Below, one piece after another: positions 61,049 through 64,000 of a DNA stretch of 64,000 nt. The DNA comes from an uncultured Selenomonadales bacterium (GTDB lineage Bacteria; Bacillota; Clostridia; Christensenellales; QALW01). How positions within the stretch are numbered: position 1 is the first letter of the stretch; every line of letters starts with the position of its first letter. The notes below the pieces were generated by a model, which ran no database searches, had not been told where the DNA came from, and saw nothing but the letters and a program-made list of their open reading frames with translations. The translations under genes and the position numbers were made by a program. The stretch is from positions 2,143-66,142 of the forward strand of contig CAJKLB010000009.1 in assembly GCA_905200615.1 (NCBI GenBank), in the 5' to 3' direction.

Positions 61049-61497
61049 AAAAAGTAACAATATATACTGACGGTGCCTGTTCCGGAAATCCGGGAATAGG
61101 CGGGTGGGGCGCTGTGCTGTTTTACGGCAGTTTCTCCAAAGAAATCAGCGGTTTTGCAGAAAATACTACCAATAATCGTATGGAGCTTACCGCGGCCATT
61201 CAAGCGATCGCTTTACTGAAAGAACCCTGTGATATTGAGCTTTACTCTGACAGCGCTTATCTGGTAAACGCTTTCCGGGAAGGTTGGATTTACGGTTGGA
61301 AAAAAAAAGATTGGAAAAAAGGAAACGAGGAAATTCCCAATAAAGATCTATGGCTGCAATTATATTCTTTTATTAAAACACATAAAATTGAATTTATAAA
61401 AGTAAAGGGTCATGCGGATAACAAATGGAATAACCGGTGCGATACGCTAGCTACCGGTGCCATTAAAGCATTTAAAGAGAACCACAAACAAAGTTAA
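61045..61497 (+). CDS. rnhA: Ribonuclease HI
   Basis: Motifs TDGACSGNPG, NNRMELTA, SDSAY and KGHADNKWNNRCDTLA. ATGA overlap with the mltG stop. Confidence 0.92.
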   Translation: MKKVTIYTDGACSGNPGIGGWGAVLFYGSFSKEISGFAENTTNNRMELTAAIQAIALLKEPCDIELYSDSAYLVNAFREGWIYGWKKKDWKKGNEEIPNKDLWLQLYSFIKTHKIEFIKVKGHADNKWNNRCDTLATGAIKAFKENHKQS

Positions 61498-61513
61498 AAA
61501 AACATCAATAAAA

Positions 61514-61540
61514 AGTCCGGAATTTTTCGGGCTTTTTTTA
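61514..61540 (+). terminator. Intrinsic terminator after rnhA
   Basis: Stem AGTCCG / CGGGCT with one G-U pair, followed by T7. Confidence 0.7.
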
Positions 61541-61610
61541 AAAAATGATCATGGTAACAGCATCAATTGATATTGCTGGTATTTTACTTTTTGTATATGT
61601 TAATTTTTTA

Positions 61611-61639
61611 TTGACAAATTCATCGTTATACTTTATAAT
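61611..61639 (+). promoter_or_regulatory. Consensus sigma-A promoter upstream of the recombinase gene
   Basis: TTGACA (61611-61616), exactly 17 nt, TATAAT (61634-61639). Both hexamers match consensus perfectly. Confidence 0.7.
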
Positions 61640-61643
61640 TTTC

Positions 61644-61681
61644 ACAACTATTCGCAAAACTTGTCTTTTGCGAATAGTTGT
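61644..61681. repeat. Perfect 16-bp inverted repeat with a 6-bp spacer
   Basis: ACAACTATTCGCAAAA cttgtc TTTTGCGAATAGTTGT. It starts 5 nt after the -10 box and has no T-run after it. Confidence 0.9.
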
Positions 61682-61721
61682 AAGTGCGTAAATTATTCCC
61701 CAAAAGGTGTGTGTTTCAAAT

Positions 61722-62750
61722 ATGAATTCTTATTTTTTAACCCGAAGCCAAAAAACAATGGAAAAACTTGATTCCGTACTCAACGAGCTTCCGACTTTTT
61801 GCAAAACATTATTTGTTGGCATTCAAAATACCACAGGCCCTCTAACCAGGCTCAACTACGCTTACGATCTGCGGTTGTTTTTTCATTTTCTATCTGAAAA
61901 AACAAAAAAAGAAATAAAAAATATTTCATTGGAAGATTTACGCGCGGTTACGGTGCATGATATTGAAGATTTTATTCATCACATTACCCTTTATGAAAAT
62001 GATGAAAATAAACTTGTTGAAAACCGTGAAAACGGCCGTGCAAGAAAAATTGCGTCCATTCGAATGATGTTTAAATACTTTTATAAAAGCGGCGATTTAG
62101 AATCCAACGTCGCGTCATTAGTGGATTTACCCAAAATACATGAAAAGGCCATTATTCGTCTGGATGTGGATGAAGTGGTAAAATTGCTTGATGAGGTTGA
62201 ATCCGGCGATGGATTAAGCCCCCGGCAAAAGCAATTTCATGAACGCACCAAAAGTCGTGATCTTGCCATACTCACTTTATTTTTAGGAACAGGAATCCGA
62301 ATCAGTGAATGCGTGGGGCTTAATGTGGAGGATGTTGACTTTCGAAATCTCAGCATCCGAATTACCCGTAAAGGCGGAAACCAAACCGTACTTTTTATTA
62401 ACGACGAAATTGCGGAGGCACTGGACGCCTATTGCAACGAAAGAGCGCAGATGAAAGGCGCTGACTCCCCTGCCCTGTTTTTGTCGTTGCAGGGGGGGCG
62501 CATCACGACGCGTTCGGTACAAAATTTAGTAAAAAAATATGCTTCTATTATCACACCGCTAAAGCATATCACCCCGCATAAGCTTCGTTCTACATACGGC
62601 ACTAATTTATACCGTGAAACCGGCGATATCTATCTTGTTGCCGATGTTTTAGGGCATAAGGATGTAAACACAACACGGCGTCATTACGCGGCTATGGCGG
62701 AAGAAAACCGCCGTTTAGCGGCGCAAACAATCAAACTGCGGGAGAAATAA
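61722..62750 (+). CDS. Tyrosine recombinase (XerC/XerD/XerS-like integrase family)
   Basis: Motifs SRDLAILTLFLGTGIRISE (Arg I), TRKGGN, HKLRSTYGT (HxxR) and LGHKDVNTTRRHY (His/Tyr). The ATG at 61722 is preferred over the GTG at 61707. Confidence 0.88.
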   Translation: MNSYFLTRSQKTMEKLDSVLNELPTFCKTLFVGIQNTTGPLTRLNYAYDLRLFFHFLSEKTKKEIKNISLEDLRAVTVHDIEDFIHHITLYENDENKLVENRENGRARKIASIRMMFKYFYKSGDLESNVASLVDLPKIHEKAIIRLDVDEVVKLLDEVESGDGLSPRQKQFHERTKSRDLAILTLFLGTGIRISECVGLNVEDVDFRNLSIRITRKGGNQTVLFINDEIAEALDAYCNERAQMKGADSPALFLSLQGGRITTRSVQNLVKKYASIITPLKHITPHKLRSTYGTNLYRETGDIYLVADVLGHKDVNTTRRHYAAMAEENRRLAAQTIKLREK

Positions 62751-62775
62751 AAATCCGGCAATATGCCGGATTTTC
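62749..62775. terminator. Bidirectional intrinsic terminator
   Basis: Stem ATCCGGCA / TGCCGGAT flanked by A- and T-runs. It lies between convergent genes. Confidence 0.75.
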
Positions 62776-62839
62776 AACAATCACATATGAAATAATATTG
62801 TTTGAATAAGTTAATTATAGAGCTACAGATCTTTTGCAA

Positions 62840-63364
62840 TTACAGTCTGTTGTTAATGTAATTTGTTATAGTCGTCGTATCTCCGTCAGGGCACCAAGCT
62901 GCCTTAGAAACATAAATACCGGCGCCCATGGAGCCTCTATGGCCACCAATCTGAAGCTTATTTGTATATCCCTTCGTGCCATAGGAATAATAATAATCTG
63001 CCGTGTCTGTTTCATAGGAACCGCCGCGAATATAAGCATATTCCGTGGCGTCTTCTCCGTCGCTGACGCAATGAACCAACCAATAGGCTCAGCCGCCACC
63101 TACGCTTTCAGCCGAATAGCAGACATTCCCAGCACAATCCATGGTGGTGTTCTTATATCTGGCAACGGAATATATTTTATTTGTATCCCATTCATACGCC
63201 TCCGGCGAACTCCAGCCGTAGGAGCCGATATCCAGCCCGCCGTAATTTGCGGCGGCCGGCTCAGCCGGCGTGGCGTCGGCGTTATCTGTGGCGCATAGCC
63301 CGACCACGGAAACAGCTGCAAGCACAATGGAACATACCGCGAATAACTTTAGCAATTTTTTCAT
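62840..63364 (-). pseudogene. Secreted Gly/Tyr/Cys-rich protein gene interrupted by one in-frame TGA (pseudogene or recoded gene)
   Basis: AAGGAGA RBS and signal peptide MKKLLKLFAVCSIVLAAVSVVG. Codon 92 is TGA (63089-63091). The same frame stays open for 83 more codons up to the TAA stop codon (62837-62839). Confidence 0.6.
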
Positions 63365-63415
63365 GTTTTTCTTTCTCCTTTTTTGTATATTTCATATGTG
63401 AATTGCTTTCGGGTA

Positions 63416-64000
63416 TTATCCGTTATTCCAATTTCCCGCCCAAATCTGCTCATAATCTTCAAACGACCGTAATTGGGAGGAAGCATTGAGGGTAAAAGCC
63501 ACAAGCTGCGGTGTTTCACCGTTATAGCTTATGTAAAAACGAAAGGTCGCATTTCCTTTGTCCGGCGGGAGGGCGTATTTTTGATTGAACGCCTCGCTGC
63601 CGCTTTTTATATACACGTATTTTTCTATTATATAAACATTCCCGTAGACGGTATCCTGATACCCCTTTATAAATCTGGCGGATAATTTTTCTACGTTTGA
63701 AGTACTTACGGGGTCAAGCACAACGGCTGCGTTATACTTTTTGGCGTCCTGCAGCATTTGCTCCAAAATATTGCTGGATTTCAGCTGCGATTTTAAGCCG
63801 GGGGAGCACAGCGCATAAAAGCCGTCAAAATAATCGTTGGAACAATCTTTGTTTAAGTGAATCAGGTATTTGTAGGCTTCAATGCCTTTTTCCTGGGCTG
63901 CTTTCATTTTATCTGTTTCTGCAAAAGAAACAGATTTGGTAAAGGACTCATCCACCATAATCGGCAGATACCGGGATTCCTCCTGAACGCTTACCGTATT
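63416..64000 (-). CDS. Hypothetical protein, 5' end probably outside the window
   Basis: The frame is open from 64000 down to the stop just below 63416. The first in-window ATG (63958) has no properly spaced RBS. No recognised motif. Confidence 0.5.
   Translation of the reverse strand, partial: NTVSVQEESRYLPIMVDESFTKSVSFAETDKMKAAQEKGIEAYKYLIHLNKDCSNDYFDGFYALCSPGLKSQLKSSNILEQMLQDAKKYNAAVVLDPVSTSNVEKLSARFIKGYQDTVYGNVYIIEKYVYIKSGSEAFNQKYALPPDKGNATFRFYISYNGETPQLVAFTLNASSQLRSFEDYEQIWAGNWNNG

Noticed and set aside
61722-62750. Recombinase as the integrase of an integrated mobile element
   Set aside because: No adjacent tRNA, direct repeats, excisionase or cargo genes are visible within the window. 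The downstream genes are convergent and continue past the window edge, so this cannot be excluded completely.
62834-63298. 154-aa plus-strand ORF
   Set aside because: It is antisense to the signal-peptide gene and has no RBS. Its Arg/Gly/Cys/Ile-rich composition is typical of a shadow ORF in locally GC-rich DNA.
62840-63364. Genome-wide TGA reassignment (code 4 or 25) to explain the in-frame TGA
   Set aside because: TGA terminates several well-conserved genes at their expected ends in this same window: mnmG, the TSCPD gene, the KH gene, rnj and mltG.
1-64000. Scan for CRISPR arrays, rRNA/tRNA genes, IS elements, prophage blocks and toxin-antitoxin pairs
   Set aside because: No spaced direct-repeat arrays were seen. 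No intergenic gap has tRNA-like or rRNA-like sequence. No transposase genes are present. The only recombinase (61722-62750) is flanked by housekeeping genes rather than phage or mobile-element genes.

Overview
This window looks like a largely housekeeping chromosomal segment from a low-GC, endospore-forming Firmicute of the class Clostridia. Supporting markers are SpoVT, a SpoVB/YabM-type flippase, WhiA, AT-rich intergenic DNA and GGAGG-type ribosome binding sites (RBS). About 60 genes are densely packed and most are recognisable from conserved motifs. They include:
- pflA-like activase and a Zn-ADH
- spoVT, hup, mazG/yabN
- mnmE-mnmG-rsmG
- an ABC exporter pair
- guaA, asnA
- Fe-ADH and rhaM
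- a two-sulfatase plus anSME operon
- a split chrA pair
- a cysteine desulfurase with a DUF3343-like partner
- murB, PHP, rapZ, whiA, an HPr-like gene, dnaE, pfkA
- plsX-acpP-rnc-smc-ftsY
- ylxM-ffh-rpsP-KH-rimM-trmD-rplS
- mnmA, a DinG/XPD-like helicase, pyrR, rnj-mltG-rnhA
- a tyrosine recombinase

I found no rRNA, tRNA, CRISPR array, IS element or prophage block. I also cannot point to a convincing multi-gene novel system. The items most worth a second look are:
1. A consensus promoter followed by a perfect 16-6-16 inverted repeat directly upstream of the tyrosine recombinase gene.
2. A secreted-protein gene interrupted by a single in-frame TGA.
3. A RecB-type nuclease fused to an Fe-S XPD/DinG helicase.
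4. A leaderless (apparently cytoplasmic) sulfatase pair with its radical-SAM maturase, behind a repeat-bearing AT-rich leader.
5. Several unexplained hairpins and noncoding stretches.

All functional calls come from motif recognition by eye. No database search was run.
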